A stretch of 64,000 nt of DNA. It comes from the human T2T-CHM13v2.0 reference genome, Homo sapiens. Position numbers and translations under genes: made by a program. Where the stretch lies: the NCBI RefSeq assembly GCF_009914755.1, contig NC_060931.1, one strand, 5' to 3'. Shown piece by piece: positions 13,606 to 31,800 of this stretch (the first letter of the stretch is position 1; every line of letters begins with the position of its first letter). The notes below the pieces were generated by a model that saw only the letters and a program-made list of their open reading frames with translations, was not told the DNA's origin and did not search any database.

Positions 13606-13695
13606 TATGGTAGTTTTGTACCGTCAACTAACCTAAGTTGGAATTATGTTACCTGGAATTTGCATCCCTCTATTGTTCTAGGCCAGAGTGGGTCA
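13606..13695 (+). mobile_element. ERVL LTR 5' fragment (LTR41/LTR33-like)
   Basis: GTCAACTAACCTAAGTTGGAATTATGTTACCTGGAATTTGCATCCCTCTATTGTTC resembles the start of these LTRs. Confidence 0.45.
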
Positions 13696-13790
13696 GTGTA
13701 CAGCATCAAGTGCAACTGTAGATCATATATGTTGCTACTTATCTGCTGTCATGACACTATTATATAATATTTATTTAAAAGGGTCAATAT

Positions 13791-14104
13791 GGCTGAGTAC
13801 AGTGGATTACACCTGTAATTCCAGCAATTTGGGAGGTCAAGGCCGGCAGATCACTTGAAATCAGGAGTTTGAAACCAGCCTGGGAAACATGGCGAAACCA
13901 CATCTCTACTAAAAATACAAAAATTAGCCAGCCATGGTGGCACATGCCTGTAATCCCAGCTACTCAGGAGGCTGAGGCATTGCTTGAACTCTGGAGTGGG
14001 AGATTGCAGTGAGCCAAGATCACACCACTGCACTCCAGCCTGGGCAACAGAGTGAGAATTTGTCTCAAAATAATAATAATAGTAATAAATAAAATAAAGA
14101 TAAA
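13791..14104 (+). mobile_element. Full-length AluS (Sz/Sx-like)
   Basis: Dimeric Alu with a TAA-rich tail. TSD TAAAAGGGTCAATAT / TAAAAAGATCAATAT at 13776-13790 and 14105-14119. Confidence 0.95.
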
Positions 14105-15869
14105 TAAAAAGATCAATATAAAGGAGGGTGAGGGAGAAATACCCAGGATGACCACAGACACTAAAAGTAGGAGGACAACAGAATAAGGACCACACAAAAA
14201 AGGCTTTATGAGATGAAGGGATAAAGCCTAAGAGGAAATTGGTACCATGTGAAATAAAACATCCTGAATAGTGAAAATTGCATAATATACATATTTGGGA
14301 TTTAAAAAAAATGACTTCTGAATTTAACCTAACTTGGGGGAAATACAGATTTCATAGTCAAATTAGGGGTTAAAAAATGTTACTTGGATTGGATTTTTAA
14401 AAAAATACTTTTCTTCATTTGGAAATTTTCTTGAATCCTACCATATTTCTGAAGTTAGCCTGCTTTTCAGCTTTGTAAGATGATCATTACATGCCTTCCT
14501 TTTTCTAACCAAATTTCTTCAAATATCTTACCATGCTGCACTCATAGCATTCACCTGATAACCCAACTTTCAGCTGACAATTCTGTCCTACTTTTCATTA
14601 AGTAATTAAAATTTAGTAGAAAAAAAATGGTTCTCATCTTCCAACCACTCAAGATAGAGATACAAATGTATCTTTGCCCATCTTCTGTGTATGCCAGATA
14701 AACCCTCAAGCTTTTCTGAAGAATTCATGAAGAAACAAAATTGCTTCCTTTCGACCTTCAAGATACCCTACCACAGCTGGCTTTTTTCCTAGCTACAAAT
14801 TTATAACAACAAAATTCACTGTTCCAAACTTTCTCTCCCCTCTTTCCACTTTCTCTTAGTAGTCTGTTTTTGTCTTTGTTTATTGACAGCAGCTAAATCT
14901 TCTTCATAAATGTAGATAAATTATTACCATGGTACAACTAACTCAATATTTCTGAATTGCCTTTTGATAATTCATTTCTAGAGTTGTCACTGAATCATTA
15001 TTGGACTGAGTTCTACAATTGTAGCCAATAAAATTGTGTACTCTAAAGTCTAAATTGTACACTTTGAGAGAATCAATTTATCTTAGTTCCTCTGGTAAGT
15101 CTCATTTGTAGTAGGAATTCAATACTTCAACTCCAACATGCTAAATAGATACTTTCAGTTAATGTTTGTTTCTGGTTATAATGATGATTTGTGCATAGCT
15201 GATTTTTGTTCTTACATATTGCAAAAGTGAAGTAATCTGTCCTTTGATTTTTTAGTTTGATTATCTAGAGATTTCTGCAGACAACAGGGGTTTGGTCTCT
15301 GTCAGGTGACAGATATTAGGAATTTGAGTTTGTAAAAATGTAGTCTCTGTGTTAGCTTGATGTTTCTGATACTTTTGAAATTTGGGAGTGAGAAGTCATT
15401 AGTATTTTGTCCTTCCATTCATAAACAGACTCTGTGTTTGTTTTTGCTGTGTTTGCACCAATGTGGATTCCTCTAATTTTAAAGATCAGAGACCCCTTTT
15501 TTCCCTTCTCAAACTAAGATTTTTTTAAAAAAAAGTTTTTTCATTATGGCCATAATAGTTTTTAATATGTACAAAAATAAAATTTCAAGATCAAAGATGA
15601 TATTCTTTTTCAATGACTTTTTTTAAGGAACTTTTTTTATGGTTATAAATCAAAAGTGTTACATCTAAGTGGAGCCTTAGAGTAGAAATGAAAAATAATT
15701 CCCAGAATGAAAAGAAATTACCTGTCCTTGATTGGAACACAGAAGTCTAAAAAACAGAATAATTCTATATTAAAGTTTCTTGAGACATTTTATTAAAGCT
15801 GTATGAAGAAAACAGAAATTTATATCATCAAATTAAAATTTTTTAAAATTAGGGATTTTAATAGACATA

Positions 15870-16565
15870 ATTTTTTGAAAATCAACAGCTTTATTGAGGT
15901 ATAATAGACATATAATAAGCTACACGTATTTAAGGTGTATAATTTGATGTTTTGGTATAGGTATACATCCGTGAAATCATCACCACAATTAAGATACTGA
16001 ATCTATCCATCATCTGCACAAGTTTCCTTGTACCACTTGGTAATTACACCATCCCTCCAAAGCAGATAACCCTTGATCTGCTTTCTGCCATTGTACATTA
16101 AGTGGCATTTTCTAAACTTTATATAAATAAAAACCTACAGTATGTATTGATCTTTGTATAGCTTCTTGCACTTTACATAATCACCTTACGTTTTTATTAT
16201 GTTATAATGTATAGCAATAGTTCATTTTTATTTCTGAGTACTATTGCACCGTACGGACTAGGACTGTCTGTTTATCCATTCACATGTTGATGGGCATTTG
16301 CATTATTTCTAGTATTGGCTGATACAAGTAAAGCCACTAGGAACATTCATGTGCAAATCTTTTTCTCTTGGTAAATACATAGGAAGGGAAACGTTGGATC
16401 ATATGGTAGGTGTATGTTTAACTTTTTTAGAAACTGACAAATCATTTTGCAAAATGGTTGTATCATTTTATATTCCCACAAGCAGTCTGTGGGAGTTCCA
16501 AGTTCACTACTTCCTTGCCAACACTGCGTATGGTCAGTTTTTAATTTCAGACATTTTTAGTTATA
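15870..16565 (-). mobile_element. L1MC-type 3' end
   Basis: CAGCTTTATTGAGGTATAAT...CCGTGAAATCATCACCACAATTAAGATA and the downstream reverse 3' UTR motifs. Confidence 0.8.
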
Positions 16566-16589
16566 AGATATCCACTTAGTTTTTAAAAA

Positions 16590-17669
16590 TGTACCTTCTA
16601 GTTTCTTGCTGAGACTTTCTCTTTTTTCTTCATCTGTCTCAAATATGTTCATAACTGCTTGTTGAAATATTATTGTGACAGCGCTTTAAAATCCCCATTA
16701 GACAAATCTAACATCTGTCATTTCAGTGTCGGTACCTGTTGATTATCTTTTCTCATTAGAGATTGTCCCGATTCTTGGAATAATAAACAATTTCAATTAA
16801 TACCATCATTTTGGGTAGGATGTTGTAAGACTCTGGTTTTATTAAATGTTCTGTTTCAGGATGGCTCCTGTAACATTGCTTCCACAGTTGAAGGAAGGGG
16901 TCACAACCTCATTACTTCCAGGTAGGAATGGAAGTCCAGTTCTCTCCTCAGTAACAAGAAGCCCCTCCTCTTTAGGTGCCAATGGAGGCTGGCATATAAG
17001 AGGGAGAGGCTCCTTGTTACTGCTGGGTGGGTGTAGGAGTTCAGGCTCCACTCTAGACTTCCACTGACACCAATCTGCCTAGGAAGGTATACCTTATTAC
17101 TATTCCCACCTGGCCTCCTCCTAAACTATGGTGATGTCCTTATTACTGCTGAGAAGTACTGAAAGTCTTGATGCTCTACTAGGCCTCCTCTGATAACCCT
17201 CCTACAGGGAAGGGGAAAAACTCCTCATTACTCCCAGATAGGGTGAGAGTCCAGCCTCCTCGTATGGTCTCTGCTGACCCCTCTTGGGGAATGTGGCTTG
17301 TTACTGCTGAGTGGGGCATAAGTATTCACTATCCACTAGGTCTCCTCTGACACCCACTGATAAGGAGAATGAAGTGCCTTTTACTGCTGGGTGCAGGTGG
17401 AAAGTTCAGGCTCCTCACCACATGATCTTTACAAACACAGCGGAGAGGCAGAGAAATGGCATTTTTTACTACCAGTCAGGGTTACTGGAGGTAAAAAGAA
17501 AACCTAAGAAATTCCACAGGTTCCAACGTCTTTATCTGGGTTGCCTATTTATCTCCAACTTTCAGAATCATTATGCTTGTTTTATACAAGTGTGTCTATG
17601 GTTTTAGCTATACATAATGCAAGGAATAGGGAAAATTATGCCTACTCCATCTTCCTGAAAGTGGAAGTC
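16590..17669 (-). mobile_element. L1MC/MD-type 5' UTR and ORF1-start fragment with a degenerate monomer array
   Basis: Reverse strand begins GACTTCCACTTTCAGGAAGATGGAGTAGG. About 8 repeats of a CCT(C/T)(A/G)TTACT-anchored unit lie at 16907-17470. Confidence 0.7.
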
Positions 17670-18686
17670 TATTTTTGAGTCTTGAGGACTTTTTCTATAT
17701 CTTGAATAAAAGTCCATTATCAATTGTATGATTGCAAATATTTTCTTCCAGTTTGTGAATGTACTTCTTATTCTCTTAACAGTGTCCTTTGAAGGGTAGC
17801 AGTGTTTATATTGTATGAAGTTCACTAAATTTGCTCTTTTACATGGTGGGCTTTGGAAGTTATGTCTAACAAAGTGTTTTCTAATTCAAATAAAGTTTTT
17901 TTTCCTGTTCTTTGTTTATACGTTTTATTGTTTTAGATTTTACATGTAGGTCCATGATCCAATTTGAGTTGATTTTTGTATATAGTAAGTGGTATAAATA
18001 AGAGTTAATTTTTTACGAGTATCCAATTATTCTGGCAACATTTGTTGAAAAGAATATTCTTTTTTACTGAGTTATCTTGACATCTTTGTGCTTCCATATA
18101 TTTCTTCGCTCTCTATTTTGTTCCATTTTTCTATTTGCACCAATAACACATGGTCTTGTTGACTAAAGCTTAAGTCTTTAAATCACATAATGTTAGTCCT
18201 CCAATTGGTTCTAATTTTTCAGTTTTTAAAAATATTCTAGGTCTTTTACATTTCCATGTAATTTTAGAATGTTTGTTAATGTCTACCAAAGAAAAAAAAG
18301 CCTGCTAATTTGTTGGTTGGTATTGTACTGAGTCTATAGATCAATGTGGAGATAATTTATATGTAAATAATAATTGAATCCTCTGACTCATGAACACAGT
18401 ATATCTCTCCATTTTGTAAGATCTTCCCTAATATCTCTCAGCAGTGTGTTGTAGTGTTCTGTATACAGGTCTTTCATATCTTTTGTTTGATTAGCTCTTT
18501 TGTCATATATTTGCTGTTATTTTGAAAGTTATTTTATATTCAATTTCTAATTTTTTTGACATTATGTATAAATGCTATTGATTTTATTGTATTAAATTTA
18601 TATCCTGTATCCTTGCTAAACTTGCTTATTAGTTGTAGTAGATTTCTTTTGTATATTCCATGAGACTTCTCTGTAAACAATCATGT
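17670..18686 (-). mobile_element. L1MC-type ORF2 3' region (resumes at 25188-25238 after the L1PA15/16)
   Basis: Reverse ORF2 motifs such as GATCCAATTTGAGTTGATTTTTGTATATAG and CATTTGTTGAAAAGA. Confidence 0.8.
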
Positions 18687-25187
<6,501 letters not shown>

Positions 25188-25238
25188 AATCATGTCAGCT
25201 GGGAATAGAGGTATTTTTTACTTTTTCTTTTTCAATAT

Positions 25239-25302
25239 TGATATGGTTTGGCTGTGTCCCCAAATAAATCTCATCTTGAGTTGTAGCTCCCATAATCCCC
25301 AC
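25239..25302 (+). mobile_element. THE1 LTR 5' stub (64 bp only)
   Basis: TGATATGGTTTGGCTGTGTCCCC...CCCATAATCCCCAC matches the start of the LTR at 11888-12259. Confidence 0.9.
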
Positions 25303-25334
25303 TCTTTACAGAAATGTAATGTGTAAAGTGAAAT

Positions 25335-26131
25335 GAAGAAAAGGAATTTAGTCCACCTGTATTTATTGTAAATAACTGGTATATTAGGATTTCTTTCTAT
25401 CACCTCACTTTCTGTGTGTGTGTTTTTGATTTTTTGTTTTGTTTTCTCTTTCTGTTTCTTTCTTGCCTTCAGTATTGCTCTTCTAGTAGCACATTCACAA
25501 TTTGCTTGACTAAAATTTTCTTGTCTTCAGTTAGTACATGATACCAGGAATAAAGTTATTTTTCTCACTAGAAATATTCATAGGTAGTAATTTCATAGAT
25601 ATTACTTTATCGTACTTTCTTCTGACTTCCACTGCTCTTAAAGTTAGCTATTAAACTGATTGCTGTTCCTTAAAAAGTTATCTACTTATGACTGTTTTTG
25701 AGATTGGTTATCAATGATTTTCATTTTACCATACTTTATAGGTTAAGAATTATTTTTTAATTTATGTGACTTGAGATTTACATTGTATCCTAAATGTGTA
25801 GTTTAGTGTCTTTCATAAGTTCCATAAAATGTTTGATCTTCAAATGTTGCCTCAGCACATTATTTGTCTTCTTTTCCTGAACTCTGATTAAAAAACATAT
25901 TAGACCTCACTCTATCTCTAATGTCACCTTATTATTTTCAATTCTTATTTTCCATCTTTGTTTTCTCTCTGGGCTACATTATAGATCATGTCTTTATACC
26001 TATCTCCCATTCTACTACTTCTTTCTTTAGTTGTATCTATTATGTTATTACAACTTATGTTTTGTTTTTTTGCTTGTTTCACTTTTAATGATTATGCTTT
26101 ATTTTTAGTTCTAGGAATTTTGTTCCTAACC

Positions 26132-26166
<35 letters not shown>

Positions 26167-26660
26167 AGTCAGAGTCTCGCTCTGTCGCCCAGGCTGGAGT
26201 GCAATGGTGTGATCTCGGCTCACTCCGACCTCCGCCTCCTGAATGCAAGCAATTCTTTTGAAACCCTTTACATTTAAGTACTTTAAGCATATGTATGTGA
26301 TATTTTATGTCTGAATATTCCAATTTGCAAGCCTGACTTCTCAGTCTATTGTTTCTGCTGGGTTTTGCTTATGCTATGTTTTCCTTAAGTGTTTTGTGAT
26401 TTTTTTTTTTTTTTGGCTATATGAACACATTTTTCAGAATTTATTTTGAGGAATACTTTGAAGTTCAGGTAACTTCATTCAGAGAAAATTTTTATCTAAA
26501 CTAAACTCTTGACTTCAAGAACCACAATTTTTCAAACACCACAGATAGTGGGAATTCTAGCTGAAAATCTGCATGGTTATGAGTTTTCAGGGATAAAATA
26601 TTTTCTACTCCACTACCTGACAAGAATTTTTGCATTCATTTTCACTGCAGTTTCTGAAGT
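25335..26660 (-). mobile_element. Old L1ME-type 5' region (ORF1 / ORF2 start)
   Basis: GAATTTAGTCCACCTGTATTTATTGT and GAACTCTGATTA...TATTAGACCTC resemble reverse L1ME motifs. Confidence 0.6.
26136..26256 (-). mobile_element. AluS 3' fragment with a T30 tail
   Basis: T30-GAGTCAGAGTCTCGCTCTGTCGCCCAGGCTGGAG. No TSD seen. Confidence 0.9.
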
Positions 26661-26691
26661 CTCTTGGTAGCAAGTATTAAGAGTATTGATT

Positions 26692-26990
<299 letters not shown>

Positions 26991-27280
26991 TCAATTATTT
27001 AAATTATTGAATTGATATAATGAAAAATAGATCTCATGACTGGTCCATCTTTTCAAAGACTTTTAGTTTATTGGCAGAAATATGTTCATAAGTTTGCATT
27101 TTACTTTTTGTATTTTTGTAATTTCTCAAATTATGATCCCTTTTCAAAATCAATATGGTTACTTTCTGTCTTCTCTCATAAATACTGTCATTTAGAATGC
27201 TTTAATCCAGATCATCCTACCAATATTATGTGTATTCTTGTGTGGTATTGTTTCATACTCTCTAGTAGTAATTGTTATTC

Positions 27281-27582
27281 TTTTTTTTTTTTTTTTTTTT
27301 TTGAGACGGAGTCTCCCTGTCACCCAGGCTGGAGTGCAGTGGCGCTATCTCGGCTCACTGCAGGCTCCGCCCCCCGGGGTTCACGCCATTCTCCTGCCTC
27401 AGCCTCCCGAGTAGCTGGGACTACAGGCGCCCGCTACCTCGCCCGGCTAATTTTTTGTATTTTTAGTAGAAACGGGGTTTCACTGTGTTAGCCAGGATGG
27501 TCTCGATCTCCTGACCTCGTGATCCACCCGCCTCGGCCTCCCAAAGTGCTGGGATAACAGGCGTGAGCCACCGCACCCGGCC
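27281..27582 (-). mobile_element. Full-length young AluY (AluYe-like)
   Basis: CpG-rich, with CAGGCTCCGCCCCCCGGGGTTCACG and CCTCGCCCGG variants. TSD TAATTGTTATTCTT at 27269-27282 and 27584-27597. Confidence 0.93.
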
Positions 27583-28454
27583 ATAATTGTTATTCTTATA
27601 TGATGGAATACCTCAAATTCAAAGTAATCTCTTCTAAATGTTCCAGTTTATTCTTTATAGCTTCTGTAATCCATAAATTTTTGAAATTTTTTTAGGAATA
27701 TCTTTTCAGCTTGTTTCATCCCTTTATACAATAAAGCTCTAAATTTTATAATTACTATTTTCTTCTATATTTCTTAACTCCAACCATTCATAAATGCGCT
27801 ATTACAAAATCTATGACAGGATGAAATATTTAAGGAGGTTCTAAGGTTAAGCAAATTATAACCCAAATTACATGATTACCTGTGCTGCACCCACTAAGGT
27901 TTTAATGCCCGTATCGTGTTTGGTAGAAGACAAAACAAATATATAGAAAAGCTGCCTGTGAAGGTGGAAGAAGGAAACCTTCCTACACTGTCTGGCAAAT
28001 CATTGCCAATGGAGAGTCCGCGTGTGTGTAGGAGAAAAAGAGAGAGAGATTAATTAATGATTTTCTAGGACAAACTTTGAAAAGATTTTAGGTAGAATGG
28101 AAATGAAAGAAACCATAAGCGTTGCTGGATAAACATATGTCATCTTTCACTTGAAGATAATATTGCTGATATTCAATCCTTGAAATACATGCATTTACAT
28201 TGTACTTCCTAACTCAAGGGAGGGGAAGACCAGTTTGTACTCCAGAGACAATCTCCCCTTCAATTTTGTTTATTTTTCTAGATTTAGATTTACACCACTA
28301 ATCCTAAATTAGGTATTTGACTTAATTAAAATGGATTTAAGTTTAGGCAATAGAAAAATAGAGTCAACTCACAGTATCATCTCATTTTTTTTTCCAAAAA
28401 GAAGGGGAAAGTAAATTATTTCACATCACTTTGTCTTCATATATCTATCTTTTC

Positions 28455-28793
28455 ATTCCTCTTTCCAAACTCAGAGACTTTACACAAGCTGTTCCTTCTG
28501 CCTAGAAGTCTTTCCTCATGGTGTGTGCTTCATTAAATCCTACATGTCCTTAAAGTCTCAGTTAAATTTTCCAAGCTCCCAAACTAATGTATTGTCTATT
28601 ATAATATCCTCCATTTTCCCTTCATGGAAGCTACTGTGATTTCTTATTTATTTTAGTGATGAATTCTACAATATCTATTTTCTCCATTAGAAGACTAACC
28701 TCTATGCATTCACTGTTATGTTCCCAGTGCCTGCCCCAAGTGCTGACCTTCAGTGTGGACATAATGATTAGTTGACACAAAATGAAGGAAGGA
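28455..28793 (+). mobile_element. L2 3' end
   Basis: GCTGTTCCTTCTGCCTAGAA, AAGTCTCAGTTAAA, TTCACTGTTATGTTCCCAGTGCCTG and a TGAA-like tail. Confidence 0.75.
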
Positions 28794-28819
28794 ACATGCT
28801 ATTGAAAACTTTATTTTCC

Positions 28820-31800
28820 AGGGGACCTGGGCAAGACAGCTGGATAGGAGCAGCCCCCAGCCAAATAAACGCAGAACACGGGTGATTTCCGCATTTCTGA
28901 GGTACCTGACTCATCTCATTGGGGCTGGGTAGACAGTGTGTGCAGCCCACGGAGAGCAAGCAGAAGCAAGGTGGGGCGCTGCCTTACCCGGGAAGGGCAA
29001 GGGGTCAAGGAACTCACTCCCCTAGCCAAGGGAAGCACTGTGAGAAATGGTGCATTCCGGCCCAGATACTAAGCTTTTCCCATGGTCTTCATAACTTGCA
29101 GACCAGGAGATTCCCTTGGGTGCCTACACCACCAGGACCCAGGTTTTCAAGCACGAAACTGGACAGCCATTTGGGCTGACACCAAGCTAGCTGCAGGAGC
29201 TTTTTTTTCATACCCCAGTGGCACCTGGAACACCAGCGAGACAGAACCGTTCACTCCCCTGGAAAGAGGGCTGAAGCCAGGGAGCCAAGTGGTCTAGCTT
29301 AGCGGACCCCACCTCCACAGAGCCCAGCAAGCTAAGATACACTGGCTTGAAATTCTCGCTGCCAGCATAGCAGTTTGAAGTCGACCTGGGATGCTCAAGC
29401 TTGGTGGGGGGCGGTTAGTCACCATTACTGAGGCTTAACTAGGCAGTTTTCCCCTCACAGTGTAAACAAAGCCGCTGTAGCCAGGCTGCCTCTTTAGATT
29501 CCTCCTCTCTGGGTAGGGCATCTCTGAAAGAAAGGCAGCCACCCCAGTCAGGGGCTTATAGATAAAACTCCCATCTCCCTAGGACAGAGTACCTGGGGGA
29601 AGGGGCAGCTGTGTGCGCAGCTTCAGCAGAGTTAAATGTTCCTACCTGCCGGCTCTAAAGACAGCAGTGGATCTCCCAGCACAGTTCTCGAGCTCTGCTA
29701 AGAGACAGACTGCCTCCTCAAGTTAGCCCCTGACACCCATGCCTCCTGATTTGGAGACACCTCCCAGCAGGGGTCAACAGGCTCCTCATACAGGACAGCT
29801 CTGGCTGGCAACTGGCAAATGCCCCTCTGGGAAGAAGCTTCCAGAGGAAGGAAAAGGCAGCAATCTTTGCAGTTCTGCAGCCTCCGCTGGTGATACCCAG
29901 GCAAACAGGGTCTGGAGTGGACCTCCAGCGAACTCCAGCAGACCTGCAGTAGAGGGACTTGACTATTAGAAGGAAAACTAACAACAGAAAGGAATAGAAT
30001 TAACATCAACGAAAAAGACGTCAACACAAAAACCCCATCTGAAGGTCATCAACATCAAAGACCAAAGGCAGATAAATCCACGAAGATGAGGAAAAATCAG
30101 TGAAAAAAGGCTGAATATTCCAAAAACCAGAACACCTCTTCTCCAAAGGATCACAACTCCTCACCAGCAAGGGAACAAAACTGGATAGAGAATGAGTTTG
30201 ACGAACTGGCAGAAGTAGGCTTCAGAAGGCAGGTAATAACAAAGTCCTCCAAGCTAAAGGAGCATGTTCTAACCCAATGCAAGGACGATAAGAACCTTGA
30301 TAAAAGGTTAGAGGAATTGCTCACTAGAATAACCAATTTAGAGAAGAACATAAATGATCTGATGGAGCTGAAAAACACAGCATGAGAACTTGGTGAAGCA
30401 TACACAAGCTGAATAGATCAAGTGGAAGAAATGATATCAGAGACTGAAGACCAACTTAATGAAATAAAGTGTGACAAAATCAGAGAAAAAAAGAATGAAA
30501 AGGAACAAACAAAGCCTCCAAGAAATATGGAACTATGTGAAAAGACCAAACCTACATTTGATTGGTGTACCAGAAAGTGATGAGGAGAATGGAACCAAGT
30601 TGAAAACACTCTTCAAGATATCATCCAGAACTTCCCCGACCTAGGAAGACAGGCCAACATTCAAATTCAAGACATACAGAGAACACCACAAAGATAATCC
30701 TCGAGAAGAGCAACCCCAAGACACATAATCGTTGGATTCACCAAGGTTGAAATGAAAGAAAAAATGTTAAGGACAGCCAGAGAGAAAGGTCGGGTTACCC
30801 ACAAAGGGAAGCCCATCAGACTAACAATGGATCTCTCTGCAGAAACCTTACAAGCCAGAAGGGAGTGGGGGCCAATATTCAACATTTTTAAAGAATTTTC
30901 AACCCAAAATTTCATATCCAGCCAAACTAAGCTTCACCCTAACATCACAATTAGAAAAACTAGAGAAGCAAGAGCAAACATATTTAAAAGTTAGAAGAAG
31001 ACAAGAAATAACTAAATTCAGAGCAGAACTGAAGGAGAGAAGACATGAAAAACCCTTCAAAAAATCAATGAATCCAGGAGCTGGATTGTTGAAACGATTA
31101 ACAAAATAGATAGACTGCTAGCCAGACTACTAAAGAAGAAAAGAGAGAAGAAACAAATAGACACAATAAAAATGATAAAGGGGAGATCACCACTGATCCC
31201 ACAGAAATAAAAACTAACATCTGAGAATACTATAAACACCTTAACGCAAATAAACCAGAGCATCTAGAAGAAATGGATAAATTCCTGGACATATACACCC
31301 TCCCAAGACTAAATCAGGAAGAAGTCGAATCCCTGAATAGACCAATAACAAGGTCTGAAATTGAGGCAGTAATTAATAGCCTACCAACCAAACAACAACA
31401 ACAACAAAAAAAAGCCCAGGAAGAGATGGCTTCACAGCCGAATTCTACCAGAGGTACAAAGAGGAGCTGGTACCATTCCTCCTGAAACTATTGCAAACAA
31501 CAGGAAAAGAGGTACTCCTCTCTAACTCATTTTATAAAGCCAGCATCATCCTGAAACCAAAACCTGGAAGAGACACATCAAAAAAACAAAATTTCAGGCC
31601 AATATCCCTGATGAACATCGACGCAAAAATCCTCAGTAAAATACTGGCAAACCAAATCCAGCAGCACATCAAAAAGCTTATCCACCACAACCAAGTTGGC
31701 TTCATCTCTGGGATGCAAGGCTGGTTCAACATACACAAATCAATAAACGTAATCCATCACATAAACAGAACCAATGACAATTATCTCAATAGATGCAGAA

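Noticed and set aside
16907-17470. Regularly spaced motif as a CRISPR-like array
   Set aside because: The context is eukaryotic and the units are degenerate along their whole length. They are L1 5' UTR monomers.
27036-27491. 151 aa ORF
   Set aside because: AT-rich low-complexity sequence reading into an antisense AluY.
29698-30027. Antisense L1 5' UTR ORFs as ORF0
   Set aside because: Their position and sequence do not match ORF0. They are generic antisense frames.
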